DNA of 64,000 bases from Vulcanimicrobiota bacterium (GCA_050250895.1 JBFWNU010000001.1:1256008-1320007); one strand, 5' to 3'; counted from the stretch's first letter, positions 18,462 to 28,860 are shown. The notes: generated by a model not told the origin, from the sequence alone. Program-made: numbers and translations.

Positions 18462-20273
18462 TTAGAGCCAGCCGCCCCAGCCCCAGCCCCCACACATCAT
18501 CGACAGAGCGAATATGGAGGTCATACCCGCGCCCAGCATCATCCAGGCAGGCATCGTGCTCCACATCGGATAGGCGGGAGGGAAACAAGGCGCCGGGCTC
18601 ATCCAGGGGCCCGGCATCGTCATCGGACCCTGGGCAGCGCCGTAGGGATTGAAGCCGTAGGCCGCATAGGGGTCAGCTGGCTGATTAGGGTAGGGATTGG
18701 GTTGGCCGAAGCTGTCATAGTAGCCCCAATTCGGCGGACTCTGCTGCCGGCCGTAACCCGGGGTAAAGGTTTGGCCGGGGCCGAATCCCTGGGGGCTGTT
18801 GTAGCTGTAAGGGGCGTAAGGATCGCGAGCAGCGGGGCCGGCCTGGTTTGGCACGCCTGGCATGGGGCCCGGCATCGGGGGCACGTTGGGAGGCGTCGGC
18901 TGGGTAGCCGGGCTCTGAGCGGGGCCACCGGTCGCGTTGGGGTCAAAGCCGAAGAAAAGATAGTGGTCGTCGGGGGCGGTGGCGCTTTGCTGGGGATTGG
19001 CTTGAGGCGGCACCGGGGGCAGCGGCGGCGGGGTGGGAATCGCGCCGAGATCCACCTGCGGCTCGGGCTGTGCGGGAGCGCTTTCTGGCTTGGCCGCCGG
19101 GTCAAAGCCGAAGAACATGTAGGGGTCGTCGCCCTCGGCTGGGCCCTGGGGCCGGGTGGGCTCGACCGGTTGCGGACGAGGGGGCTCAGGCTGGCCCGAG
19201 CCGTGCATATCAAAGCCCTGATAGGGATCGGTAGGGGCAACAGGCGGTTCGGGGGCCGGGCCGGGACCGGTCGGTTTCTGGGGCGCCTGAGGTTGGTCGG
19301 CGCCGTGTGGATCGAAGCCGTGATAAGGATCTTGCGGAGCGGCCGGCGTGTTGGTGGGCGCCACGGGCGGTTCGATCGGCTCGGCCGGGGTGGGCCGAGG
19401 GGGAGCGGGTACCACCAGATCGTTGAGGCTGGCAGAGCCGAGTCCGCTCTGTTCCATCTCGCGATACCACTCTTGGGGAGACTTCTTGGCGGAGGGGCCC
19501 CCGGCGGCGACCGGCTCGGCGGGAGCTTCGGGCCGCTTGGCTTCTTCGGCCGGGAGAGTGATCGGCTCGGACGCAGGCTGGGGAGTGACGGGGGGGCTGA
19601 CCACCGTCTCTTCCACTGGCGGAGCGACGGGCTCGGCGACCGGCGGCGGGGCGACAGGAACCTCGGGCAGAGTGGCCACCGGGGGCAAAGCTTCTTCGGC
19701 GGGGGGGGCGACCGGCGGCGGGGCGACAGGAACCTCGGGCAGAGTGGCCACCGGGGGCAAAGCTTCTTCGGCGGGGGGGGCGACCGGCGGCGGGGCGACG
19801 GGAACCTCGGGTAGAGTGGCCACCGGGGGCAGCGGGGCGTCGGGTTGCGTGGGCACGTCTAACTCGGTGAGAGTGGAGGGAGCCGGGCTCGTCTGGCTCG
19901 GCACGACCAGATCGTTGGTCCCGGCCCAACCCAGACCCTGGTTTTCCATCAGGCGATACCAGTCTTGAGAAGATAAGGCCGGGGCGGCCGGCTGGCTGGT
20001 CTCGGCCGGGGCCGGCACTTCAAAAGTTTGGCTAGGAACAGCAGCGGGGGCTTCAGCCTCGATGACGGCCGGTGGGGGCGAGGCGGGCATGGGGGCCTGC
20101 TGGGGTGTTTCGACGGGTGGGGCCGGCGCTTCGCCACGCACGTAGAGATCTGAGAACGAGGAGGCGCCGATACCTTCGGCCTCCATTTGACGATAGAGCG
20201 CATGCGCGTCTCGCTTGGCGGGGGTGCTTCCCGCTCGTGAGACGGTTAGATTTGTGAGGGCCGCAGCGTCCAC
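18462..20273 (-). CDS. Proline-rich repetitive protein with C-terminal hydrophobic tail
   Basis: 603-aa ORF with RBS-like GAGAGG and TGnTACAAT -10 upstream; internal repeated peptide motifs. Confidence 0.78.
   Translation of the reverse strand: MDAAALTNLTVSRAGSTPAKRDAHALYRQMEAEGIGASSFSDLYVRGEAPAPPVETPQQAPMPASPPPAVIEAEAPAAVPSQTFEVPAPAETSQPAAPALSSQDWYRLMENQGLGWAGTNDLVVPSQTSPAPSTLTELDVPTQPDAPLPPVATLPEVPVAPPPVAPPAEEALPPVATLPEVPVAPPPVAPPAEEALPPVATLPEVPVAPPPVAEPVAPPVEETVVSPPVTPQPASEPITLPAEEAKRPEAPAEPVAAGGPSAKKSPQEWYREMEQSGLGSASLNDLVVPAPPRPTPAEPIEPPVAPTNTPAAPQDPYHGFDPHGADQPQAPQKPTGPGPAPEPPVAPTDPYQGFDMHGSGQPEPPRPQPVEPTRPQGPAEGDDPYMFFGFDPAAKPESAPAQPEPQVDLGAIPTPPPLPPVPPQANPQQSATAPDDHYLFFGFDPNATGGPAQSPATQPTPPNVPPMPGPMPGVPNQAGPAARDPYAPYSYNSPQGFGPGQTFTPGYGRQQSPPNWGYYDSFGQPNPYPNQPADPYAAYGFNPYGAAQGPMTMPGPWMSPAPCFPPAYPMWSTMPAWMMLGAGMTSIFALSMMCGGWGWGGWL
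19635..19831. repeat. 72-bp tandem repeat, about 2.7 copies (LPPVATLPEVPVAPPPVAPPAEEA)
   Basis: Near-identical units starting 19635, 19707, 19779. Confidence 0.92.
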
Positions 20274-20369
20274 GTCAAGTTCCTCTCTGGCTGGCTGTAT
20301 TGTAGCATACCTTTGGGGGCCTAAAAAAGCATGAAAGGGAGGCCATCCAACCTGCCGAACAACCGCCGC

Positions 20370-21818
20370 ATGAAAATACGCGATCAGGTCGCCTTGACCT
20401 TCGACGACGTGCTGTTAGTTCCTCAGCATTCAGCGATTTCGAGTCGCAATGCGGTCGATACCTCGACCCAGCTGACCCCCACCATTCGCTGCGCCATCCC
20501 GATTCTGTCGGCCAATATGGACACCGTCACCGAGGCGGCCATGGCGGTAGAGATGGCCCGGGCCGGTGGTATCGGCATCATCCATCGCTTTCTCAGTCCT
20601 GAACGGCAAGCTCAGGAAGTCGCTCGGGTCAAGCGAGCCGAGAGCTATGTCGTGTCGGACCCCATCACCATCGAGTGGACGGCCACTCTGCGGGCGGCTG
20701 TCGAGCGGATGCGCGAACTCGAGGTGAGCGGACTGATCGTGGTCGACTCCAAGAATAAAGTGGCCGGCATCCTGACGGAGCGCGACCTGAGCCTGGTCGA
20801 TGACCTGAGCGGCAATGTGGCCGACCTGATGACCCCGCTCGATAAGCTGGTTACCGGCCGCCCGGGCATTCCTCTGGCCGAGGCTCGCCAGGCCCTCCAT
20901 CGCCACCGGGTCGAAAAGCTGCCCCTGGTGGACGAAGAAGGCTTTCTGAAGGGCTTGATCACGGCGCAGGACATCCTCAAGCTCGAACGTCATCCCGACG
21001 CCACCAAGGATGAACGCGGACGCCTGCGGGTGGGGGCGGCCATCGGGGTGCGCGACTCCGACATTCCCAGAGCCGAGAAGTGCCTGGAGGCCGGCGCCGA
21101 CCTGTTGGTGCTCGACATCGCTCACGGTCATTCCGACCTGGGCATCGAGATGGTGACCAAGCTGCGCAAGGCCTTTCCCAAAGCCGAAATCATGGCTGGT
21201 AACGTGGCTACGGCCGTGGGGGTGCGCGACCTGGCTCGAGCCGGAGCCAGCTCGATCAAGGTCGGGGTCGGTTCCGGCTCGATCTGCACCACTCGCATCG
21301 TGACCGGTTCGGGTTATCCGCAGCTGAGCGCGGTGGCCGATTGCGCCAAGGCCGCGCGAGCCGCTGGCGTCTCGCTGATTTCTGATGGAGGAATTCGCAA
21401 CTCGGGCGACATCACCAAGGCGCTGGCGGCCGGGGCCGACGCGGTGATGCTGGGCAGCCTGCTGGCCGGCACCACCGAGAGCCCGGGCGCCTCGGTGGTG
21501 CGGGACGGGCGGCGCTATAAAGTGGTGCGGGGAATGGCTTCGTTGTCGGCCAATGTCGAGCGAAAAGAGGTCGAGAGCGGGGCTCAGGTCGACCCGGCCG
21601 ACTGGGAACGGGTGGTGCCCGAGGGCGTCGAGGCGGTGGTCCCTTACCGGGGTCCGGTCCGCGACATTCTTCACTTGATGGTAGGCGGGTTGCGCTCAGG
21701 TCTGACCTACTCGGGCGCGTCGAGTCTGGCCGAACTGCGTGACAAAGCCGAGTTCGTGAGGATTACCGGAGCCGGCATTGCCGAGAGTGGTCACCACGAC
21801 GTGACCAGGCTGAGTTGA
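20370..21818 (+). CDS. guaB: IMP dehydrogenase with CBS pair
   Basis: [25 protein letters not shown] (catalytic Cys), RGMAS, PEGVE. Confidence 0.9.
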   Translation: MKIRDQVALTFDDVLLVPQHSAISSRNAVDTSTQLTPTIRCAIPILSANMDTVTEAAMAVEMARAGGIGIIHRFLSPERQAQEVARVKRAESYVVSDPITIEWTATLRAAVERMRELEVSGLIVVDSKNKVAGILTERDLSLVDDLSGNVADLMTPLDKLVTGRPGIPLAEARQALHRHRVEKLPLVDEEGFLKGLITAQDILKLERHPDATKDERGRLRVGAAIGVRDSDIPRAEKCLEAGADLLVLDIAHGHSDLGIEMVTKLRKAFPKAEIMAGNVATAVGVRDLARAGASSIKVGVGSGSICTTRIVTGSGYPQLSAVADCAKAARAAGVSLISDGGIRNSGDITKALAAGADAVMLGSLLAGTTESPGASVVRDGRRYKVVRGMASLSANVERKEVESGAQVDPADWERVVPEGVEAVVPYRGPVRDILHLMVGGLRSGLTYSGASSLAELRDKAEFVRITGAGIAESGHHDVTRLS

Positions 21819-22357
21819 TGACCGAGACGGAGGTTCTCGAGCTGATTCGGCGCGAGACGCGCTATCGCACGGGCGTCGGCTACGATGTCCACCGCTGCGT
21901 CGAGGGTCGGCGCTGCGTTCTGGGGGGGGTGGACATCCCCTGGGAGAAAGGCCTGCAGGGGCATTCCGATGCCGACGTGCTGGTTCACGCGGCCATGGAT
22001 GCGGTGCTGGGCGCGGCCGGGCTGGCCGATATCGGCACTTACTTTCCCGACACGGACGACAAGTTCAAGGGCGTCGATAGTCTCGAGTTGGCCCGGGAAG
22101 TGGCTCGTCTGCTGGCCAGTCACGGCTTCGAACTGTGCAATCTGGATGTGATGGTGATGGCCGAGGCCCCGAGGCTCAAGCCCCATATCCCAGCCATGAA
22201 GACCAGGGTGGCCGAAGCTTTTGGCCTGCGGCCCGACCAGCTCGGGATCAAGGCTACCACCAACGAAAAGCTGGGCTTCTTGGGCCGGCAAGAGGGCATC
22301 GCGGCCGTAGCCAGTGCATTGGTTCGCCAGGTTTGGCCCGCGGGCGGCTCCGGGTAA
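21815..22357 (+). CDS. ispF: 2-C-methyl-D-erythritol 2,4-cyclodiphosphate synthase
   Basis: GYDVH, GHSDADV, DIG, KATTNEKLGF. Confidence 0.95.
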   Translation: MMTETEVLELIRRETRYRTGVGYDVHRCVEGRRCVLGGVDIPWEKGLQGHSDADVLVHAAMDAVLGAAGLADIGTYFPDTDDKFKGVDSLELAREVARLLASHGFELCNLDVMVMAEAPRLKPHIPAMKTRVAEAFGLRPDQLGIKATTNEKLGFLGRQEGIAAVASALVRQVWPAGGSG

Positions 22358-22378
22358 GTTCTCGAGACGGAGGATTCG

Positions 22379-23065
22379 ATGAAAATTCACTATTTTGGCC
22401 ATTCGGCTATCGCCGTCGAGAGCGGCGGACATGTCGTTCTGATCGACCCTTTCTTCACCGGCAATCCTTTGCTCGATGCCGCTCCTAAGGTCAAGCCCTC
22501 GACCATCATCCTGACCCACGGTCACGAAGATCACGTGGGCGACTCGGTGGCCTTGTCCAAAGAGCATGGCGCTCCCATCGTGGGCGTCTACGAGCTGGCC
22601 AACCATCTGGCTGAGCAGGGTGCCCAGACCAATGGTTGCGGCCTGGGGGGGCGAGTCAATCATGACTGGGGCTGGTCGAAGTTCGTGCCGGCCTTCCATA
22701 GCTCATCGCACGGCGGCAAATACATGGGTATGCCCGCTGGGGTGATGATCAACATCGGCGGCAAGACCATCTATAACACGGGTGATACCTGCGTCTTCGG
22801 CGACATGAAGCTCTACTCCGAGCTTTACAAGCCCGAAATCGTGATGATGCCTATCGGCGGTCACTTCACCATGGACCTGTTCGAAGCGGTCAAGGCCGTC
22901 GAATTGATCTCGCCCAAACTGGTGATTCCGCTTCACTACAACACCTGGGATCCTATTGCCGAAGATCCAAACAAATTCAAGGCCGAGGTGGAACAAAAAA
23001 CCACCGCCAAGGTTAAAGTCCTCGAGGCCAAGCAGGTCTGGGAACTGTCTGAAGTCGGCGTGTAG
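22379..23065 (+). CDS. UPF0173 metallo-beta-lactamase-fold hydrolase
   Basis: GHS, IDPF, THGHEDH, GDT, PIGG, PLHY. Confidence 0.9.
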   Translation: MKIHYFGHSAIAVESGGHVVLIDPFFTGNPLLDAAPKVKPSTIILTHGHEDHVGDSVALSKEHGAPIVGVYELANHLAEQGAQTNGCGLGGRVNHDWGWSKFVPAFHSSSHGGKYMGMPAGVMINIGGKTIYNTGDTCVFGDMKLYSELYKPEIVMMPIGGHFTMDLFEAVKAVELISPKLVIPLHYNTWDPIAEDPNKFKAEVEQKTTAKVKVLEAKQVWELSEVGV

Positions 23066-23084
23066 CTAGGATTCATCGGCTAAA

Positions 23085-23121
23085 TCGGGCAGGTCCTCGC
23101 CGGGCCTGCTCGAATTTTATT
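23085..23121 (+). terminator. Intrinsic terminator
   Basis: TCGGGCAGG...CCTGCTCGA hairpin followed by ATTTTATT. Confidence 0.6.
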
Positions 23122-23124
23122 CAT

Positions 23125-24864
23125 ATGAAGTTTCGTCTGAGTCTATGTATGTTGCTGTTGGTGGCTGGCCTGGCCCGTGCCGACAATCGGATCGAGTCGG
23201 TGCAAAGCCAGGTCGGAGACGGCCACATCAGGATCTCGATCAAGACCCGTCAGACGCCGGTGTATTCGGTCTATCAGCTGAGAGCTCCCGACCGGCTGGT
23301 GGTGGACTTCATCGACACCGATGCCGCCTACAAGCTGGGCAAGGCTCCCCTGGCCAAGGTCGTGCGCGGCTGGTCGCTCGAGACCGTCGGCATTTCTCGC
23401 GCTCGTCTGGTGGTGGGCCTGGGCCATCGGCTGGCTCCCGATTCGCTCTCGGTGAAGGCCGATTCGAGCGGTTTGTTGGTGGACTTCGTCCCCTACTATC
23501 GCCGGGAAGAAACGATCGCTCTGACCCCTGCCGTCAAGTGGGTTCAGCGCGAAGAGGCTTTGCCCAGTGGCTATCTCTATTGGAATCAGCTCGAGGTGGA
23601 CCCGAACGACCCGGGCGTGAGCCTCGACATCGGGCTGGCCAAAGAGCGCCTCGACTCGCGCGAGACGACCTCGAGCATGGTCGCTCGCACCGGCGCTCTG
23701 GCCGGCGTGAACGGGGGCTTTTTCGCTAGCGCTGGCGGTCCGTTGGGACTGGTGGTCAAGGCCGGTCAGGTGCTGGCCCCACACGTCTCGCGCCGGCCAC
23801 CGCGCACCGTGCTGGGAGTGACTTCGGACCGCAAGGTCCAGTTCAACCGGGTGGTGGTGGCCCGGGGTAGACAACTCGAGTCGCGTGACGGAGGCAGCTG
23901 GGACGGCATTCAACTGGCGCTTGGCGGGGGGCCCCGGCTGCTACACCGCGGTAAAGTGGCTTTGACCACCGACGACGAAGAACTCGGTCCGAAGGGCAAT
24001 GACATCACCCGGGTGGCCGGGCGCACGGCCGTGGCCACTACTCGCGACGGCAAGTTGCTCATCGTGACCGCTTCGGGCTATCACGACAATCACCGTGAAG
24101 GCCTGGTTTTGGGCGAGATGGCTCGTCGGTTGGTTCAGGAAGGTGCCGATGAGGCGATGAATCTCGACGGCGGAGCCAGCGTGACCATGGTGGTCGGCAG
24201 CCAGGTCGTCTCGGACGGCCCCGGCAATGCCAGTCAAGAGAAGGCGGTGGCCACTGCCCTGATGGTGCGCGACGACCGGCGCCTGGCCTACCCGGCGGGG
24301 ATGACCGTGCAAGCCGGCAACTCGCGCCTGCCGGGCGACGGAGCCAGTTCGACCACCATCACGGCCCAGATCAGCGACCCTTCGGGTAAGCCCGTCCCTG
24401 ACGGCACGCCGGTAAGGTTCTACGGCTCCAAGGTCGGCGTCGAGCCAGGCCTGGTCAAGACCAGCAACGGCCAGGCTACCGCCAAGGTCACCTCCAGTCG
24501 ACTGGTGGGGCAGGGCGGCGTGCGCGTCGAGTGCGGTGGGTTGATGGCCAGCGAGAGCATCTATCTACTGGCGGGACGCCCGGCCAGCCTGGCCTATCGT
24601 CTGGGCTCTGGCACGGCCGTCAAAGGCCAGGCCGAATTTCAGGCCATTCCGTTCAAAGCCGAACTCCTCGACGAGTGGGGTAACCCGGTGGCCGGGCAAG
24701 CGGTCACTCTGGCCGTCGCAGGCAGCGAGGTCGAGGCTCGTCAGACCGACAACTCTGGCCTGGTGGCCGCCGAGCTCGTCCTGCCCGTCGCCGGCGGTCA
24801 GGTCACCGTGCGCAGCCCCGGCGTGCCTGACCTGACCTTCACCGCCCCGGCGCTCAGCGAGTAA
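23125..24864 (+). CDS. Secreted AMIN + phosphodiester glycosidase (NAGPA-like) + invasin Ig-like protein
   Basis: PDRLVVDF (AMIN); GVNGGFF, GGGPRL, AMNLDGGAS (NAGPA); DPSGKPVPDGTPV (Big_1-like). Confidence 0.8.
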   Translation: MKFRLSLCMLLLVAGLARADNRIESVQSQVGDGHIRISIKTRQTPVYSVYQLRAPDRLVVDFIDTDAAYKLGKAPLAKVVRGWSLETVGISRARLVVGLGHRLAPDSLSVKADSSGLLVDFVPYYRREETIALTPAVKWVQREEALPSGYLYWNQLEVDPNDPGVSLDIGLAKERLDSRETTSSMVARTGALAGVNGGFFASAGGPLGLVVKAGQVLAPHVSRRPPRTVLGVTSDRKVQFNRVVVARGRQLESRDGGSWDGIQLALGGGPRLLHRGKVALTTDDEELGPKGNDITRVAGRTAVATTRDGKLLIVTASGYHDNHREGLVLGEMARRLVQEGADEAMNLDGGASVTMVVGSQVVSDGPGNASQEKAVATALMVRDDRRLAYPAGMTVQAGNSRLPGDGASSTTITAQISDPSGKPVPDGTPVRFYGSKVGVEPGLVKTSNGQATAKVTSSRLVGQGGVRVECGGLMASESIYLLAGRPASLAYRLGSGTAVKGQAEFQAIPFKAELLDEWGNPVAGQAVTLAVAGSEVEARQTDNSGLVAAELVLPVAGGQVTVRSPGVPDLTFTAPALSE

Positions 24865-24881
24865 CGGCGGCTCGTTTTGGG

Positions 24882-25544
24882 GTTAGCGCCGAGGCCCAAG
24901 ACGCCGAGGAGCGGTGCATCTCGAAGATGGGCGCTCGCTCGACTTGGGAAACCGCGGAGAGCCGCGGAGGGGTGGTCGCGGCGAGGTTGGCACGACGGGA
25001 GCGTTGGAGCCCGAACGTATTGGTAAAGGCTGTCGATGCTCGAGAGGTAAGCGGTGCCTGGAGAGCGAGTGGCCGCAGGGGCTTGACGGCTCGGTGGGTC
25101 AGCCGACTCGGCGGGGATTTCCTTGCGGAAGTTGGCTTGGCCGGGCCAGGCCGCGGGCTTGTCGGCCGGAGTGGGGCAGCCGCCGGGCTGGCGGACGGCG
25201 GTACGGCACCAGGTGGTGCCGGATTCGGCACGTGGTAGCGCCGTACTCGGGCGAGTTTGCTCTTCCGTGCTTGGTCTCCATTGGGGCGGCCACCGCCGTT
25301 TTTTTAGCACCTCGTTTCGATGTGGCAAAACCCCAACCCATAAATTCGCCAGGACGCTCACCCCGCGCCCCCACAACCCTCTCCGTGTCCTCCTGATCTC
25401 CGCGGTTTCATTTCTCAGGCGCCCCACTGGTGAGCCACACCGACCTGTGCTTCGACCACGCGCCACGCCGCCGAGGCGCCAAGGCCACGATCGACACGTT
25501 TCTCTCCGCGACCTCAGCGCTCTCCTTCAGAACTCCGCGTAAAA
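24882..25544. repeat. Intergenic region with short degenerate repeats and a 13-bp inverted repeat pair
   Basis: GAAACCGCGGAGA at 24948-24960 and its reverse complement at 25397-25409; related CGCGGAG and CGCC(A/G)AG motifs. Confidence 0.5.
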
Positions 25545-25601
25545 CTCCAGCTTGCGCCGCCGTCCCGGGCTAAAGCTCCACCAGGCCGACCACGCCCTGG
25601 T

Positions 25602-27380
25602 TTACTCCCGACCGCGTTCGCCTTTGTCCTCGTTGATGAAGATCCAGGCGACCAGTTCGCCCGGGTTGATGGGCCAGGCGTCGTTTTCGCCCTCCCAGAA
25701 GTCGAGGTCGCGCACGTAGCGCGAAGAGGTGTCGGCGGCCGGGATGCTGGCAGCGTCGGTGCGGACCTTCTCGAAGCGCTGCTTCCAGACAGCCATGTTC
25801 TCGACCCGCAGGTCGATCCAGCCGGCCCGCACCCATTGCTCCACCGAGACGTCGTCCAGGGGCACGACCTCGTCACCTCGCGAGGGAGGCGTCTTGACTT
25901 CGCGCCCGCGGACCAGTTGGCGCACGCCGTCTTCTTCGAAAAGGATGGGAATGCCGATGGTGGCGGGGGTGGCTACGAGTTTGGGGTGCTCGCGCAAAAG
26001 CTCCAGGCAGCGGGCCGTCATGTCGGCGGGGGTCGCCTCCACGGCCTTCTGGATGGTGCCATAGATGCGGCGCAGGAAGGCGGCTTCATAGAGCAACTTG
26101 GAGAGGCGGGGGGGGCCGAGGTTCTCGAAAGCGATCGATTCGACCCCGTGCTCGCGCTCGAGTTGGCGCAGCTTTTGGATGGCTCGCTCGCGCTGAAAAC
26201 CGGCCCGATAAGTGGGACCCATGCAAGTGACGTTGAGGGCATTGATGACGTCCTTGCCGGTGTTGATGCCGCGGACCTCGTCGACGACATTGCGCGCGAT
26301 TTCTTCAGGAGTGACGAATTCCATCTGGCCTGGGGAAGTGATAGCAATGAATTCCTCGGTCGAGAAGAGCCCGTTCTCGCCGGTATCCACAAAGACCGTG
26401 CGCATGACCTCGTCGGTGGGTTGGGCGGCTCGAGCGTCATAAAGAGTGAGGTCGCCCTCTGAACCGATGGGCTTGGCGTCGGCCAGACTGATAGCCTCCA
26501 ACTGCACCGGCCGCCCTCGCTTGATGACATCGCCGTAGCGGATACCGCGCCAGCCGATCAGGGCGGTGGGCTTGATTTCCATCGTGGCCGGAGCCGGCTT
26601 GGAGAGTAGATTGTGGGGATCGTCGTCCTGGAAGGTGAGGATTCCGGGGGTTCGCGCCAGCAAGAAGAGCAACAGCGTGTGGGCTCCGGCGACCGCCGAC
26701 TTGGATAGGAGCAGGGCGGAGGGGCGCTCTTCGCCGTGCGTGTAGGGGATATTCCAGCCCATCCCGCCGGTGCCCGAGGTGCCCAGCTTGACGTAGGCCT
26801 GGGTGTCGGCCCGCGCCATGGAGCGATACAGCACGTCGACATGTCGGATCAGCTGGGGGATGTAGAGGCTGCACAACAGATGTTCGACTTCGTCGCGGTT
26901 GGGTCCCTCGTGCTGCAAGGTCTGCCAGACTTTGCGGGCGCGGGTAAAGATGTCTGAATAAGCGATTCCGGTGGCCGTATTGATGCCATCGATGATCACC
27001 TGCGGCTTGTGGCGCATGACCAATTCGTAGAGAAAGAATCGCTTGAGGGTCTCGAACGTGAGTGGGGCTAGCGTATCTTCGATCACAGCCTGGCGGCCTT
27101 CCGGGTCGCTGACGATGGCTCCGCCGGTCTTGTCTTTGAGCGAGGTGCGGGTGAAGATGTTGCCCCACTCGGGGATGAACTCGACGCCTTTGATCCCCTG
27201 CAATCCGCGGGCTCGTTGGTACTCCTCCTGGAGCTGCTCGACGGCCTCGCGGGCCTCGGCTTCAAAAAGCGAGCTGACGATGATGCGGGCGGGTTCGTTT
27301 TCGATGAGTTCGCGGCAGACGGCCCGGCCGACCATACCGGCGCCGCCGAGAACCAAGACGGTGGATCCTTTGATGTTCAT
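25602..27380 (-). CDS. Uncharacterised protein with N-terminal NAD(P)-binding Rossmann (SDR-like) domain
   Basis: VLVLGGAGMVG; long unassigned C-terminal region. Confidence 0.75.
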   Translation of the reverse strand: MNIKGSTVLVLGGAGMVGRAVCRELIENEPARIIVSSLFEAEAREAVEQLQEEYQRARGLQGIKGVEFIPEWGNIFTRTSLKDKTGGAIVSDPEGRQAVIEDTLAPLTFETLKRFFLYELVMRHKPQVIIDGINTATGIAYSDIFTRARKVWQTLQHEGPNRDEVEHLLCSLYIPQLIRHVDVLYRSMARADTQAYVKLGTSGTGGMGWNIPYTHGEERPSALLLSKSAVAGAHTLLLFLLARTPGILTFQDDDPHNLLSKPAPATMEIKPTALIGWRGIRYGDVIKRGRPVQLEAISLADAKPIGSEGDLTLYDARAAQPTDEVMRTVFVDTGENGLFSTEEFIAITSPGQMEFVTPEEIARNVVDEVRGINTGKDVINALNVTCMGPTYRAGFQRERAIQKLRQLEREHGVESIAFENLGPPRLSKLLYEAAFLRRIYGTIQKAVEATPADMTARCLELLREHPKLVATPATIGIPILFEEDGVRQLVRGREVKTPPSRGDEVVPLDDVSVEQWVRAGWIDLRVENMAVWKQRFEKVRTDAASIPAADTSSRYVRDLDFWEGENDAWPINPGELVAWIFINEDKGERGRE

Positions 27381-27471
27381 GGCGGCCCGGCTTTCGTGGC
27401 CCGAGAAAGGGGTTCCTATGGTTCTTCAAAATCGTCACAGGAGCCCCGGCGCGGCGGTGGAAGGAGCCTGC

Positions 27472-27840
27472 ATGAGAGTCGTCACAGCAGAGAGTCTAGA
27501 CTGGGAGTCAGACCAGAATCCCTCTACCGCCGTGGTTCACAGCGAGAAGTTCGGCGAGCAAGAACTACGTATCGAGATGATCGAGGTGCGCCCCGGGGAT
27601 TTCGTCGCGCCCCATCGCCACGCCCGCCGGCGAGAGTTTTTCGCTGTGGCTTATTCGGCCGGTGCTCAGGTTCAGATTGGGGAGCGCATCTTTCGACCGA
27701 TCGCCGGGCAGGTCTTCGAGCGTGAAGCCGGAGAGGTGCTGGCCATCACCAACGACACCAAGCATCCTCTCCGATTGATGGTTACCCGGATCGGCTATGA
27801 GCCCGATGATATCGAATGGCTCCACCCGATCGAACCTTAG
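27472..27840 (+). CDS. Cupin domain protein
   Basis: AAGGAG RBS; PGDFVAPHRH...E motif. Confidence 0.78.
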   Translation: MRVVTAESLDWESDQNPSTAVVHSEKFGEQELRIEMIEVRPGDFVAPHRHARRREFFAVAYSAGAQVQIGERIFRPIAGQVFEREAGEVLAITNDTKHPLRLMVTRIGYEPDDIEWLHPIEP

Positions 27841-27851
27841 GGCCCCGTGGC

Positions 27852-28829
27852 CTATTCTTTAGCAGCCTGTTTCCTTTGCGTCGATTTGTCGAGCTGGGTG
27901 GCGATGAACTCGCCCAATTCGCGGTTGGCCTCTTTTGCCTCGGGTAGACCCGGCAAGGTATAGAAGCCGTGGGCCACGCCGTCCCAGACACTGAGGGTGG
28001 TCTGGGCGCCGGAGGCTCGCAGGCGACGATAGAGCCGTACGCTGAGACTCAGCAAGAGGTCTCGGGTGCCGCTCTGAATCAAGCTGGGGGGAAAGTCCGA
28101 TCCAAATCGCTCATAGATAGGCGAGAGTTTGGGGTCGCTGAGTTGGCGGCCACCCGCGTAGGCCAGGGCAAAGACCTTCAGATTGTTCTGGTAGTGAATG
28201 ATTGGGTCGACCCCGGCCAGGGTGGTGAGGGTGTCGCCGCTGGCGGTGAGATCGCACCAGGGAGACTGCAGACCGAGGGCGGCCGGACCAGGCAGGCCGC
28301 GGCGACGCGCCTCGAAGACGGTGGTCAGAGCCAGACCGGCTCCGGCCGAGCTGCCTGAGAACGCGATCTGGTCGGCCGGATACTGATCGAGCAAGGCGGT
28401 GTAGACGGCCAGGCTGTCTTCGAGGGCGGCCGGGTAGGGATGCTGGGGGGCCAGGCGATAATCGAAGGCGATCACTCGACGATGGCTGAAGTGGGCCAGG
28501 GGAACGCTACTGGTCAGGCTTCCCTCGGAACTGCCTTTGACGTAGCCTCCCCCATGGAAGTGGAGGATGACTCCGGGGCTCGGCTTATCGCCCCCGCCGA
28601 TGGACAGGCAGCGAACCCCACCGAGTTCGAGGGCCTCTTCGCGATAGGGGTAGCTGGCCTTGAGTTTTTCGCGGTCGGGTGGGGCTGCCTTTTGAAAAGC
28701 TTCCCAATCGGCCGGGGTCTTGAGAACCAGCGGCTTGGGAGCGGTTTTGCCGCGGTAATAGTCGAGCGCCTCGGGGCTTTGGCCCCAGGCGGCGGTGCAA
28801 ACCAGCAACACCAGAAGAAGTCTGAGCAT
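27852..28829 (-). CDS. Secreted HSL-family alpha/beta hydrolase (esterase)
   Basis: HGGG, DYRLAP, GSSAG, HGF; signal peptide. Confidence 0.88.
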   Translation of the reverse strand: MLRLLLVLLVCTAAWGQSPEALDYYRGKTAPKPLVLKTPADWEAFQKAAPPDREKLKASYPYREEALELGGVRCLSIGGGDKPSPGVILHFHGGGYVKGSSEGSLTSSVPLAHFSHRRVIAFDYRLAPQHPYPAALEDSLAVYTALLDQYPADQIAFSGSSAGAGLALTTVFEARRRGLPGPAALGLQSPWCDLTASGDTLTTLAGVDPIIHYQNNLKVFALAYAGGRQLSDPKLSPIYERFGSDFPPSLIQSGTRDLLLSLSVRLYRRLRASGAQTTLSVWDGVAHGFYTLPGLPEAKEANRELGEFIATQLDKSTQRKQAAKE

Positions 28830-28860
28830 GGCGGGCTCTTTTGAGCGTTCACGGATTTAC

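Noticed and set aside
19635-19831. Repeat as CRISPR array
   Set aside because: Contiguous in-frame 72-bp coding units with no unique spacers; no cas genes
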